The translations under genes were made by a program, and so were the position numbers. The notes under the pieces were generated by a model, which was not told the origin of the DNA, did no database searches, and saw nothing but the letters and a program-made list of their open reading frames with translations. A stretch of DNA of 64,000 nucleotides from Planctomycetota bacterium (GTDB taxonomy: Bacteria; Planctomycetota; GCA-002687715; CAIWVZ01), in NCBI GenBank assembly GCA_044222185.1, contig JBGANV010000010.1, positions 32,001 to 96,000 of the forward strand, read 5' to 3'. Of this stretch, positions 1-9,351 are shown piece by piece. The number at the start of each line of letters is the position of its first letter. Position 1 is the stretch's first letter.

Positions 1-788
1 GCGGTCACCGACGCCGTGATCCCGGGGATGCGCGCATTCAGCGCCGTCACGATCTCCGCCGCCGTGGGCGAACCCTGCACGGCCATGTCACCGGCCCCGA
101 GGACGAACGTCTGCGTCGCGGCGTTTCCCACGTTGATGATGAGCTGGGAGTTCGCGGCGATGGTGTACACGGCGGAGCCGCCGGTGCCGGAGGTCGGCGT
201 GCCCGTTCCCGGGAGCACCGCCTGCGACACCTCCATGAACGGATCCGATTCCCACAGCTCCGTCGTGGGGCCCGACGTCGGTCCCAGGGCGGGCAGATTC
301 CCGCGGAAGTTGACGGCATCGGTGGCGTCCGGCGGAACGACCGAGTTGAGCTGAACCTTGATGTCTCCGCCATCGGCCGATTGGACCTTCAGCCCCGAGC
401 GCGTGTCGACGAGGTTCTCGCCGCTGTCGAGCCCGAACGTTCCGACGCGCGTGTAGTAGGTGTTGGCGCCGTCGGAGAGGACGAAGAAGCCGTTGCCCTG
501 GATGCCCAGATCCAGGTTTCGACCCGTGTTGAGCAGCGATCCCTGGGAGAAGTTCTGGTCGACGCTGGCGACTTCCGCGCCACGACCGATCTGGATCGGG
601 TTCGTGCCACCGATGCTCGAGCTCGGTGACGCGGCAGAGCGGATCGTCTGGCTCAGGATGTCGCTGAAGGTGACGCGGCTCGACTTGTATCCCGGCGTGT
701 TCGAGTTCGCCAGATTGTTGCCGATCACGTTCAGGTAGTTCTGGTTCGCGCGAAGGCCGGTGAGTCCGGCCAAGAGGGCACTGGTCAT
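1..788 (-). CDS. flgE: Flagellar hook protein FlgE (5' part; runs off the window start)
   Basis: Not in the ORF track because it is open at the edge. Manual translation from ATG at 788 gives MTSALLAGLTGLRANQNYLNVIGNNLANSNTPGYKSSRVTFSDILSQT...NFSQGSLLNTGRNLDLGIQGNGFF...YTRVGTF. This has the rod/hook NLAN-x-NT-x-G[YF]K motif; GGAGG RBS upstream; follows flgD. Confidence 0.93.
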   Translation of the reverse strand, partial: MTSALLAGLTGLRANQNYLNVIGNNLANSNTPGYKSSRVTFSDILSQTIRSAASPSSSIGGTNPIQIGRGAEVASVDQNFSQGSLLNTGRNLDLGIQGNGFFVLSDGANTYYTRVGTFGLDSGENLVDTRSGLKVQSADGGDIKVQLNSVVPPDATDAVNFRGNLPALGPTSGPTTELWESDPFMEVSQAVLPGTGTPTSGTGGSAVYTIAANSQLIINVGNAATQTFVLGAGDMAVQGSPTAAEIVTALNARIPGITASVT

Positions 789-857
789 TTTCGAGTCTCC
801 TCCGAGGTCCTGACGTTCGTTCGACTGTCTTGAATCGATGCGATCCCTCGACGGGGA

Positions 858-1448
858 TCAGCTCTGGTTCTGCTGTGCGGCCACCGCGTTGCCGATCGAT
901 CCGGCGCCCGCAACCGGCCCCGACGAGCCTGCCGTCGTGCCTCCCGTCGATCCGCTTCCACCGTTCGCCGGCGTCTGGGATCCGCCCGTGGCCGCCGGAG
1001 TGGAACCGGCCGCTGGCTGCTTGCCGATGCCGGTGAGGGCGCCGATGGGAATCCGGTTCTCGCCGACGGTCACCATCATCACGCCGTTCTCGACCGTGAC
1101 GGCATCGACGACGCCCGACCGCTCCGTGTTCGTCCCCGACTCCTCCCAGGTCACGTGCTTGCCCACGAGGAGTGCCGCCTGCGACAGCCCCTGGAGGCCG
1201 AGCTGCGACTGCTGGATGTCCACGAGAGACGTCAGCGTCTTGTTCATGTCCGTCTGACCCTCCAGGCTCTGGAAGCTCGCGAGCTGCGAGATGAACGCCG
1301 TGTTGTCGACCGGCGAGATCGGGTCCTGATTCTTCAACTGCGCGACGAGCAGGTTCAGGAAGGACTGCTTGTCGACGGCATCGGCGTTGGTCTTCACCTG
1401 GCTGCCGGGCCGCGTGCTGGCGGAGTTGTTGATGGAGTCGATGCTCAT
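858..1448 (-). CDS. flgD: Flagellar hook capping protein FlgD
   Basis: FLNLLVAQLKNQDPISPVDNTAFISQLASF is the FlgD N-terminal signature; lies between fliK and flgE; low-complexity G/S/T/A tail. Confidence 0.95.
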   Translation of the reverse strand: MSIDSINNSASTRPGSQVKTNADAVDKQSFLNLLVAQLKNQDPISPVDNTAFISQLASFQSLEGQTDMNKTLTSLVDIQQSQLGLQGLSQAALLVGKHVTWEESGTNTERSGVVDAVTVENGVMMVTVGENRIPIGALTGIGKQPAAGSTPAATGGSQTPANGGSGSTGGTTAGSSGPVAGAGSIGNAVAAQQNQS

Positions 1449-1458
1449 GGTTGATTCC

Positions 1459-3174
1459 TCAGACGATCAGATCCACGCGGCCGACGGCCGAGCGCGCGGA
1501 CGTGGAAACGGAATGGCGGGTACGCGCCTCGGAACGCGACGACGTGCGTTCGGCCGCGCCCGCGGTTCGCGCACCGTCGTGGTTGCGCGGGTCGGCTTGC
1601 GAGCCCTGGCCTCCGCGTGCCTGTACATCCAACGAGGCGAGCGAGAGCCCGCTCAAACTGAGGCTCTGCTCCAGGCGCGGGAGCTCGTTCTTCAAGGCCG
1701 CCGCCACGTCGCCCCGCTCGGCGAGGAAACGGACGACGAGCCCCTCCGGGCGTTCGGTGAGGCGCACGTTCAACCGCCCGAGTTCGGGCGGTGCGAGGTC
1801 GATCCTGAATTCGCGCTTGCCCATGGACACCTCGCCGTGGAGACGCTCGAGGAGCTTCTCGACGGTCGCGGGCCAGGTCGATGCGCGGTTGGGAGCGGCG
1901 GACGGCGTCGCCGATTCCGCGGCGACGCGCGTCGTCGGTACGGGCCCGGTCGTCGGCGCGCGGTCGGCCGTGGGTGCGATGGCAGACGTTCGCGACGGCG
2001 TCGCGGAGTTCGTCGTGGGGAGCGTTCCTTCCCCCTGTGAGCCCGAGTCGATCGTGGTTTTCGGATCGGCGACGACGCCATTCACGACGCGCTCGGGAGG
2101 CAGGTCCTTCGTCGCGGGTGGCGGAGCGACGTCGTCGCTCGCGCTCGGTGCAGTGGTATCGGCCTTCGCCGCGCCGACTCCGCCGACCTTCTTCGCCGGC
2201 TCGCGCACGGATCGCGCCGGAGCCGGGACGAGCGCGGCTCGAGCTGCGGACTCCTGCGCTGCCACCGGCTCGACGGGGCGCGTCGTGGTGGGGGAGGCGT
2301 CGCTCGAACTCGCGGGCGCGACGTCGGGCCGCTGGCGGGTCGTCGGCTCGACCGACTTGTCCGGAGCGTTCTCCGACGGCGCGGCATCCGCGACCGCCGG
2401 CTCCGTCGGCGCGGGCTTGGGGTCGGCCGTGGGCGTCGGGCGCCCTTCCACGGGGCTCGCGCGGTCGGGCTGCGCCGGCGTCTTCGCAACCGCGACCTGC
2501 GACTCGACCGGATCGGGCTCATCGGTCGGATTCGAATCGGGCGCGACCACGGTCGCCTCGACGAACGCCGGGCGCACCTCGGGACGAACCCGCGGCGTAG
2601 CCGTCGAGAGGGCCGTCGGCGATTCCGTGTCGTCGGTCTGGTCGCTCGCCGGATCGACCGGGGCGACCGGGACGACGATCTGCAGCGGCTCCGTGGAGAG
2701 CGCCTGGGCGGCGGCGAGCGCCGCGGCGTCGACATCGGCAGATGGTCCCGCGTCGCTCGATGGCGTCGCCGCTACCTGGGACTCGCTCACGTCGTCTGCG
2801 GCGTCGGCCTCCGACGCGTGGGGGTCCTTCGGGGCTGCGACGACGTCGGCCCTGCCGGACGTGCCGTCCTCCGCGGTCTCGTCCTGAGTTCGAGCCTCGC
2901 GTGCCTCCAATTCGGGTTCGCCGCGCTCCTCCCTCTTGGGGTCGACCCCGCGTGCAGCGCGTGTCCGCGGTGCCGGTTTTTGCGACGCCTGGGGTGCCTT
3001 TTCGGCCGCCGCGACCCGTCGGTCGGGGACTCGAGCCGGTTCTCGGGTCGCCCGGGCCAGTTCATGGGCGAACGACGCGCCGGAATCCGGCGCAGCGTCC
3101 GGCGTGGGGCCTACGGTTTTGGGGTTTGGAGCCGAGAAGAGCTTGGCGAGCGTGGAAGAGACGAGGTCGGTCAT
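1459..3174 (-). CDS. fliK: Flagellar hook-length control protein FliK
   Basis: Long P/A/T/E-rich region followed by a C-terminal T3S4 domain (FRIDLAPPELGRLNVRL...LKNELPRLEQSL). Start placed at ATG 3174 because the track start (3213) overlaps the sigma54-like motif. Confidence 0.88.
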   Translation of the reverse strand: MTDLVSSTLAKLFSAPNPKTVGPTPDAAPDSGASFAHELARATREPARVPDRRVAAAEKAPQASQKPAPRTRAARGVDPKREERGEPELEAREARTQDETAEDGTSGRADVVAAPKDPHASEADAADDVSESQVAATPSSDAGPSADVDAAALAAAQALSTEPLQIVVPVAPVDPASDQTDDTESPTALSTATPRVRPEVRPAFVEATVVAPDSNPTDEPDPVESQVAVAKTPAQPDRASPVEGRPTPTADPKPAPTEPAVADAAPSENAPDKSVEPTTRQRPDVAPASSSDASPTTTRPVEPVAAQESAARAALVPAPARSVREPAKKVGGVGAAKADTTAPSASDDVAPPPATKDLPPERVVNGVVADPKTTIDSGSQGEGTLPTTNSATPSRTSAIAPTADRAPTTGPVPTTRVAAESATPSAAPNRASTWPATVEKLLERLHGEVSMGKREFRIDLAPPELGRLNVRLTERPEGLVVRFLAERGDVAAALKNELPRLEQSLSLSGLSLASLDVQARGGQGSQADPRNHDGARTAGAAERTSSRSEARTRHSVSTSARSAVGRVDLIV

Positions 3175-3212
3175 GTGGAATCCCGAGGCAGGCGATGCCT
3201 TCATCACCCGCA

Positions 3213-3229
3213 TTGCAGGATCCGTACCT
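3213..3229 (-). promoter_or_regulatory. Putative sigma54 (-24/-12) promoter for fliK-flgD-flgE
   Basis: Minus strand AGGTACGGATCCTGCAA = GG-N10-GC, resembling TGGCACG-N4-TTGC; about 40 nt upstream of the fliK ATG; A-tracts further upstream (3280-3298). Confidence 0.6.
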
Positions 3230-3540
3230 CTCCGACCGGGTCTCTTTGCACCTCGTCCGTGGTTGGGCTTCAGCCCTCGAAAAAAGGGCTGAAAAAAAGG
3301 GGCTCAACTCCGAGTGCGATCTTCCGAAAAGAAATCGGGACGGGGGAATGGACCTCCAAGGGCGGGTTCCCGGTCCGGAAAGCCTTTCTTCGACGCAGGG
3401 TACGAAGGCGAAAAAAGTTCGCCGATGCCGAAGAGGGGCCTTCAGTGGGGACCCGAAATTCCGAGAAGACAGGTAGCAACGTGGCGTGACTCACCCTGGC
3501 CGAATGGCGTTCAGGGGTCGTCACGCAAAGGAGAGTTCTC

Positions 3541-3834
3541 ATGGACGTCTTCAAGATTGGTGCAGGCGCACCGAAGGCGCCGGAGAGCCGGACCGTGGAC
3601 CGCGACGTCGAGTCGACCAACAAGGGCGAACGAGCGCGGGCCTCTGACGCAGCGGTCGACCAGTTCTCCGCATCGGCGGACGCTGTGTCGGTCGACAACT
3701 TCGTCTCGAAACTCGGGACCGTTACCGATGTTCGCGAAGACGTCATCCGCGGATTCCGCGAGCTCTTGGGTCGTGGCCTCTTGGATTCGGCCGAGTCGGC
3801 CCGCAGGGCCGCCGACGGCATCCTCGATGCCTGA
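3541..3834 (+). CDS. flgM: Probable anti-sigma28 factor FlgM
   Basis: 97 aa; GGAGAG RBS. C-terminal DVREDVIRGFRELLGRG...ARRAADGIL resembles the FlgM core pattern (vR.ekV..lk..I..G....iA..ll). Flagellar context; weak GCCGAT sigma28-like -10 at 3421-3426. Confidence 0.6.
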   Translation: MDVFKIGAGAPKAPESRTVDRDVESTNKGERARASDAAVDQFSASADAVSVDNFVSKLGTVTDVREDVIRGFRELLGRGLLDSAESARRAADGILDA

Positions 3835-3858
3835 CGATCGCCGCACCGCGGCGATCGT
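3834..3858 (+). terminator. GC-rich hairpin right after the flgM-like gene (possible terminator or stability hairpin)
   Basis: ACGATCGCCGC-ACC-GCGGCGATCGT, an 11-bp perfect stem; no U-tract. Confidence 0.35.
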
Positions 3859-4142
3859 GGTGCAGGCAGTGCAGCGCGGCTGAACGCAGCCGATGGCGAG
3901 TCTCGACTGCCGCGATGACGGCGGTTCGGAGCTCGGCGTGTGATTTCCGTGGGCCCAGTACGGGCGAGGCGCGGCTGATCGCGTGCTGCCCATGCGAAGG
4001 GTTCGCGGAGGCTTCCCTTCAATCCGACCTCGCGGTCGAGCTTTGCATTCCCTCGCCGCCCCGACCTCGCACCGGTGACTTCCGGTGTATCCTCCGGGGA
4101 CTTCCCCAGTTCCCGAATCCCCGATCGAGGACTTCACCACGG

Positions 4143-5789
4143 ATGAGTTCCTGCCGCTGGCTCTGGTCTCTCGCGCTCTTCATCACGATCTTCGACGTCT
4201 CGACCGCGCAGGGCGACCTGCGCTTCACCGTGACCGGCACACAGCCCGGTGACGAGTTCGGCTCCATCGTCAGCGGCGCCGGAGACATCGACGGCGACGG
4301 CCACGACGACGTGATCGTCGGGGCGCCCTACGATGCGACGGCCGCTGTTCACGCAGGCAAGGCGACCATCTTCTCCGGTCGGACCGGCGGCGTGATCCGC
4401 GAGTTCTTCGGGACCGCGGCGAACCAGTCGTTCGGATACAGCGTCTGCGGTCTCGGTGATCTGAATGGCGACGGCGTCCCCGAGGTGATGATCGGGCTGT
4501 CGGCCAACGGCAGCACGGGATTGGGACCGGGTGGCGGAGCGAAGGTGTTCTCCGGAGCGGACGGATCGCTCCTGTACACGTTCGCCGGCCAGTTCCTGAA
4601 CGACTACTTCGGCCTGTGCATGGCCGACCTCGGCGACATCGATGCCGACGGCGTGTCCGACATGATCGTCGGGACGTCCATTCCTCCGACCTCGACTCTC
4701 TCCGGGTACGCGCGCGTGTACTCCGGTGCGACCGGCACTCTGCTCCACACGTTCACGGGTTCGTTCGTCGGGCATCGCCTCGGCAACGCCGTGGCGAACG
4801 CCCACGACGTGGACGGCGACGGCGTCAACGACATCGTCGTCGGAGCCATCGGCGGAAACCTGTTCGGTGGCAGCACGGGCTCGGCGTTCGTCTACTCGGG
4901 AGCCACGTTCGCCCAGCTCTACGTCTTCAACGGAACGAGCTATCAGCAGCACTTCGGGTACTCGGTCGCTGGCGTGGGCGACGTGAACGGCGACGGACGC
5001 GGCGACATCCTCGTGGGGACGTACCGCTCGAACGCCATGGGCTACGCCAAGGTGTACTCGGGCTTGAATGGCGCCACGCTCTGGACCTTGAACGGCGATG
5101 TCGTCGGCGACGCGTTCGGTCACACGGTCGCGTCCGCAGGCGACGTCAATGGCGACGGCGTCCCCGACTTCATGGTCTCGGCACCCAACGCCCATTCGGG
5201 CTCGGTCCTTCAGGCCGGCAAGGTGAAGATCTTCTCGGGTGCGGGCGCGACGCTCCTCGCCGCGCGCTTCGGCACGTTCGCTTCCATGCACCTGGGGTAC
5301 TCGTTCGCAGCAGCCGGTGACGTCAACGGGGACCAGGTCGGCGACGTGATTCTCGGCACGCTCGTGCCGGGGACTCTCGGTCTGCCAGGACGGGCCCTGA
5401 CTGTGAGCCTCCTCACCGCCGAAGCGTTCGCGCAGAACGTGGGTGGGACGCAGTCGCTCTCGTTGGCGTGGCAGCCGGGCCGACCGGGGCAGGTGGGGAA
5501 CGGCACCGCCGTGACGATGGGCGCTGAACCCGGCTCGATCGGTGTGATCGCCGTGAGCGGTGGGACGGGGCTCGCGTGGTTCGACCTCATGCCGCTCGTG
5601 GTCGATCCGGCATCACCGGCATTCTCCTATTTCCCCGTCGCCTATGACGGCGCGGGAGCGCTCTCCATCCCCGTGAACCTCCGCACGCCGGCGCTCGCGG
5701 GAGTGACGATCTACGCACAGGCGATCGCCGTCGACTCGCTCGGAGTGTTCTCGTCTTCGAACGGGATGATGCTCTACTTCGGGCTGTGA
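4143..5789 (+). CDS. Secreted FG-GAP (integrin-alpha-like) beta-propeller protein with a C-terminal beta domain
   Basis: Signal peptide MSSCRWLWSLALFITIFDVSTAQ; about 7 repeats of FG.SV...GD[IVL][ND]GDG..D.[IL][IV]G[AT]; C-terminal ...PALAGVTIYAQA...SNG. Start moved to ATG 4143. Confidence 0.9.
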   Translation: MSSCRWLWSLALFITIFDVSTAQGDLRFTVTGTQPGDEFGSIVSGAGDIDGDGHDDVIVGAPYDATAAVHAGKATIFSGRTGGVIREFFGTAANQSFGYSVCGLGDLNGDGVPEVMIGLSANGSTGLGPGGGAKVFSGADGSLLYTFAGQFLNDYFGLCMADLGDIDADGVSDMIVGTSIPPTSTLSGYARVYSGATGTLLHTFTGSFVGHRLGNAVANAHDVDGDGVNDIVVGAIGGNLFGGSTGSAFVYSGATFAQLYVFNGTSYQQHFGYSVAGVGDVNGDGRGDILVGTYRSNAMGYAKVYSGLNGATLWTLNGDVVGDAFGHTVASAGDVNGDGVPDFMVSAPNAHSGSVLQAGKVKIFSGAGATLLAARFGTFASMHLGYSFAAAGDVNGDQVGDVILGTLVPGTLGLPGRALTVSLLTAEAFAQNVGGTQSLSLAWQPGRPGQVGNGTAVTMGAEPGSIGVIAVSGGTGLAWFDLMPLVVDPASPAFSYFPVAYDGAGALSIPVNLRTPALAGVTIYAQAIAVDSLGVFSSSNGMMLYFGL

Positions 5790-5853
5790 GCGCGGATTCG
5801 GGTTCTCCCGGCTCTCCTCGGACTGACGTAGCATGCCGCCCGAGGAGACGATC

Positions 5854-7392
5854 ATGGTGCAACGATTGCCGGGCCCCGGCGGCGACGTCTACGGGGTCAT
5901 GCCCGCCGCGGTCATCAGGATAGCCGTGGTGCTGGTGCTGCTGTTCGGCCTCACGGTTTCACTCTGGGTGTGGTTCGATTGGCGCATCGAAGTGGATCAG
6001 GGCCGCTACGCCATCCTCGTCGCGAAAACGGGCGAGGACCTCACCAACGATCAGCTCCTGACGCCGTCGCCCGAATTCAAGGGAATCGAGCCCGAGGTGC
6101 TGCGCGAAGGACGCCACTTCCGGAACCCGTACTCCTACGACGTCATCGGTCCGCTCGATGCCGTCGTCATCCCGTCCGGGAAGGTCGGGGTCCTCGTTCG
6201 TCGATTCGGAACGCCACTGCCCGACGGCGAGATCGTCGCGCGAGCGGCGACCGAGAAAGGGATCGTCGCCGATCCGCTGCAGCCGGGGCGTCATTACGTC
6301 AACACGCTCGCGTACGACGTCACCCTCGCCGATGCCGTGTCGATCAAGCCGGGATACGTGGGCGTCGTGGTCAACCGGGCGGGAAGCGCACCGAAGTCGC
6401 CGAACACGCTGCTCGTCGAGCCGGGTGAACGCGGGATCCAGCGCACGGTGCTCCAGCCCGGCCTTCACTACTTGAATCCCCACGTCTCGGAGGTCGTCGA
6501 GGTCGACGTTCGGTCGCAGAAGTTCGAGATGAGCGGACCGGATTATTCGATCCTCTTTCCGTCGCTCGACGGCTTTCAAATCCGTGTGGATGGCACCGTC
6601 GAGTGGGCCGTCGACATCGCGCGGCTGCCCGAGCTGTTCGTGAAATTCGTCGACATCGAGGACGCGAAGACGGGCGGGATCAAGAACGTCGAGAGCGTCC
6701 TCATCCTGCCTTTCAGTCGTGGTTACGCGCGACTCGTCGGATCGACCCATCCGGCCGTGGACTTCATCTCCGGTGAGACTCGGTCGGCGTTCCAGACCGA
6801 GGTGTTCAATCGGCTGAAGAGCGCGTGCGAGGCCCAGGGCGTCATCATCCGGTCCGTCGTCGTGCGCAACACGACGCCGCCGGAGGCCGTCAGGCTCCAG
6901 TACCAGGCGCGCGAGATCGCCAAGCGCCAGCTCGACCAGTACAAGGAGCAGATCAAGACCGAGCAGGCGCGCATCCAACAGAAGCTGAACGAGCTTTCGA
7001 AGGAGCGGCAATCGCAATTCGGCACCGTGCGGCAGGACATCGCCGGTACGGTGCGAAAGGCGGAAGAGAATCGCGACGTGAAGCTCACGCAGGCGCAAGC
7101 GGCCCTCGAGGTGGCGCGCACGCGGTTCGACGCCGCGAAGAAACAGGCCCAGGCCATCCGCGACAAGGGGCTCGCGGAGGCGGCCGTCGTCGTCATGCAG
7201 AACACGGCGGAGGCGCTGGCGCTCCAGCAGGAGGTCACCGCGTTCGGCGATGGCGCCACGTTCGCCCGATACAAGCTGCTATCCAAGCTCGCCCCGGCCA
7301 TTCGCAAGGTGTTGAGCAACACGGACGGAGCGTTCGCCGAGCTGTTCAAGGCCGTGTCCACGCCAGCCGCGCAGCGGAAGGTGGAACGATGA
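5854..7392 (+). CDS. SPFH/band-7 family membrane protein A (TM + 3 repeated modules + SPFH core + coiled coil)
   Basis: N-terminal TM; three V.IP.G.VG.....G...KGI....L.PG.H..N modules; SPFH2-like FPSLDGFQIRVDGTVEW; Q/E/A-rich coiled coil. GAGGAG RBS precedes ATG 5854. Confidence 0.88.
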   Translation: MVQRLPGPGGDVYGVMPAAVIRIAVVLVLLFGLTVSLWVWFDWRIEVDQGRYAILVAKTGEDLTNDQLLTPSPEFKGIEPEVLREGRHFRNPYSYDVIGPLDAVVIPSGKVGVLVRRFGTPLPDGEIVARAATEKGIVADPLQPGRHYVNTLAYDVTLADAVSIKPGYVGVVVNRAGSAPKSPNTLLVEPGERGIQRTVLQPGLHYLNPHVSEVVEVDVRSQKFEMSGPDYSILFPSLDGFQIRVDGTVEWAVDIARLPELFVKFVDIEDAKTGGIKNVESVLILPFSRGYARLVGSTHPAVDFISGETRSAFQTEVFNRLKSACEAQGVIIRSVVVRNTTPPEAVRLQYQAREIAKRQLDQYKEQIKTEQARIQQKLNELSKERQSQFGTVRQDIAGTVRKAEENRDVKLTQAQAALEVARTRFDAAKKQAQAIRDKGLAEAAVVVMQNTAEALALQQEVTAFGDGATFARYKLLSKLAPAIRKVLSNTDGAFAELFKAVSTPAAQRKVER

Positions 7393-8903
7393 AACGCATC
7401 CTTCTCATGACCTTGGTCGTCCTCGTCATCCCCGCGCTCGTCGTCGGGTACTTCGGCATCTGGGAATGGGGGATCTGTCGCAACTACTGCGACGTCGGGC
7501 GCAGCCTGCGCCTCACGCGCAAGACGGGCGTTCCTGCCCCGAACGACGCGTTTGCGGGTCCTGGTCAGATGGGCGTCGTCGAACAAATGCTCGGCCCGGG
7601 GCGACATTTCGTGAACCCGTGGGACTACGACGTCGTCTCGGTCGCGGACACGGTGATCCCGGCTGGCAAGATCGGCGTCGTCATGTCGCGCGTGGGGCGT
7701 GATCTTCCCCCCGACCGCTACCTCGCAGGGCCGGGCGAGAAGGGCATCCAGCGCGCGGTCCTCACGCCGGGAACCTGGCGCGTGAACACGCACGGCGCGA
7801 GCGTGGACGTCGTCGATTCGGTGCACGTTCCTGCGGGATACGTCGGCGTCCAGACGATGCTGGCGGGCGCGAACAAGGGCGTGCTCCCGAACGTCCTGCA
7901 GCCGGGGACCTACAACCTGAACCCGAAGCAGTTGAAGGTCGAGATCGTCGAGATCGGATACCGCGAGCTCTCGGTGAAGACCGACCTCGACCCGCGGGGC
8001 TCTCCCGTGGAGGGAACGGGCGTCTCGTTCCCCACGAAGGACGGGTTCCGGATGTTCATGGACATCACGGTGATCTGGGGCGTCATGCCGGAGAACGCTC
8101 CGCGCGTGATCCGCGAATACGGTCAGGTCGACGAGGTCGAGCAGAAGATCATCGTCCCGCAGCTGGACAGCGTCTGCAAACTCCAGGGGTCGCGCGACAC
8201 CGTGCGGCAATTCATCGTCGGGCAGGATCGCGAAGCGTTCCAGAAGGCGCTGAACGACGACCTGAGTCGCGTGGGCAAGGAGAAGGGGCTCGACATCCTC
8301 CTCGTGCTCGTCCGCGGCATCTATCCGCCGAAGGAAGTGCTCGAGCCGATCCAGCAGGCACGTCTCGCGGACGAGGAACGGCAGACGCTCGAGGTCCGCA
8401 AGGACACGGATGCGGAGGCCGCCAAGCTCGAAGAGGCGAAGAAGAAGGTCGAGATCATGACTCGCGACTTCACGGCCGAGACGACCAAGCTCGTCGAGAC
8501 CGAGCGCGCCGAGGGGGCGAAGAAGGCGGCGAATCTGGAGGCGGAAACGGAGCGGCTCGTCGCCGACATCGCCGCGCAGACGGCGACGATCGAGGCCGAG
8601 CGGACGAAGCTCCTCGGCCAGGCGGAGGCCGACGTCGTCGAGGCGAAGCGGCGCGCGGAGGCCGACCGGTTCCAGCGCTACGTGAAGGCCTACGGCGATG
8701 GTGCGACGTACAACATCGCGAAGTTCGCAGAGAATCTGCCGGAGAATCTCGAGATCGAATTCCGCTATTCGGGAGCCGGAACGTTCTGGACCGACGCGGG
8801 GAATGGCGGGCAGCGCGTCGATCTCGATGATGCGGCGACGAAGCTCCTCCTCGAGTTCCTCCAGTCGCGCAAGACCGCCCCGCCTGCGGAGAAGAAGCCA
8901 TGA
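7389..8903 (+). CDS. SPFH/band-7 family membrane protein B (paralogue of A)
   Basis: ATGA overlap with the stop of gene A; starts MKRILLMTLVVLVIPALVVGYFG; three repeated modules; FPTKDGFRMFMDITVIW; AEAE-rich coiled coil. Confidence 0.88.
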   Translation: MKRILLMTLVVLVIPALVVGYFGIWEWGICRNYCDVGRSLRLTRKTGVPAPNDAFAGPGQMGVVEQMLGPGRHFVNPWDYDVVSVADTVIPAGKIGVVMSRVGRDLPPDRYLAGPGEKGIQRAVLTPGTWRVNTHGASVDVVDSVHVPAGYVGVQTMLAGANKGVLPNVLQPGTYNLNPKQLKVEIVEIGYRELSVKTDLDPRGSPVEGTGVSFPTKDGFRMFMDITVIWGVMPENAPRVIREYGQVDEVEQKIIVPQLDSVCKLQGSRDTVRQFIVGQDREAFQKALNDDLSRVGKEKGLDILLVLVRGIYPPKEVLEPIQQARLADEERQTLEVRKDTDAEAAKLEEAKKKVEIMTRDFTAETTKLVETERAEGAKKAANLEAETERLVADIAAQTATIEAERTKLLGQAEADVVEAKRRAEADRFQRYVKAYGDGATYNIAKFAENLPENLEIEFRYSGAGTFWTDAGNGGQRVDLDDAATKLLLEFLQSRKTAPPAEKKP

Positions 8904-9346
8904 ATCAGTCTGCGGCGTCGGTTCAATCGGCCGGCTCTGCGAGGTTCGATCCGCTGACGTTTCGCGCGGGGCGCCGGCGCTTGAAGCTGCTGGGGTGGAT
9001 CGTCCTGTGGGGCGGCTTCCTGCTGATGACGTCCGACTTCACCACCGGCTTTCCCACGCCGCTGACCGGGCCGCGCGTCCTCATCATTTGGGGGCCGGTC
9101 CTCGCGTTCGGCGTCTGGTTGCTCGTTCAGGGCTATCGCATTCCGTTTCGCGAGGTGCTGCTTCTGGCGGACGCGCATGGTCATCGGCTCGACGTGCCGA
9201 CGATCATGCGTGAGCTCTACGTGAGCCCCGCCGTCGCCGAACACATCCTCGATTCCGCCGTGAAGCGGTTCGGTCACAAGGTCGTGACGGTTGCACCCGA
9301 TCCCGAAACGAAGGTGAAGATCTACACGTTCTACCCGCCCCTCTGA
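8900..9346 (+). CDS. Small 2-TM membrane protein with a possible C-terminal winged-helix-like domain
   Basis: ATGA-coupled to SPFH B; two hydrophobic segments; C-terminal LDVPTIMRELYVSPAVAEHILDSAVKRFG...KIYTFYP has an HTH-like pattern. Confidence 0.65.
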   Translation: MNQSAASVQSAGSARFDPLTFRAGRRRLKLLGWIVLWGGFLLMTSDFTTGFPTPLTGPRVLIIWGPVLAFGVWLLVQGYRIPFREVLLLADAHGHRLDVPTIMRELYVSPAVAEHILDSAVKRFGHKVVTVAPDPETKVKIYTFYPPL

Positions 9347-9351
9347 AAACC

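Noticed and set aside
3400-3428. Firm sigma28 promoter call for flgM
   Set aside because: GCCGAT matches the -10, but the -35 is poor; kept only as weak supporting evidence.
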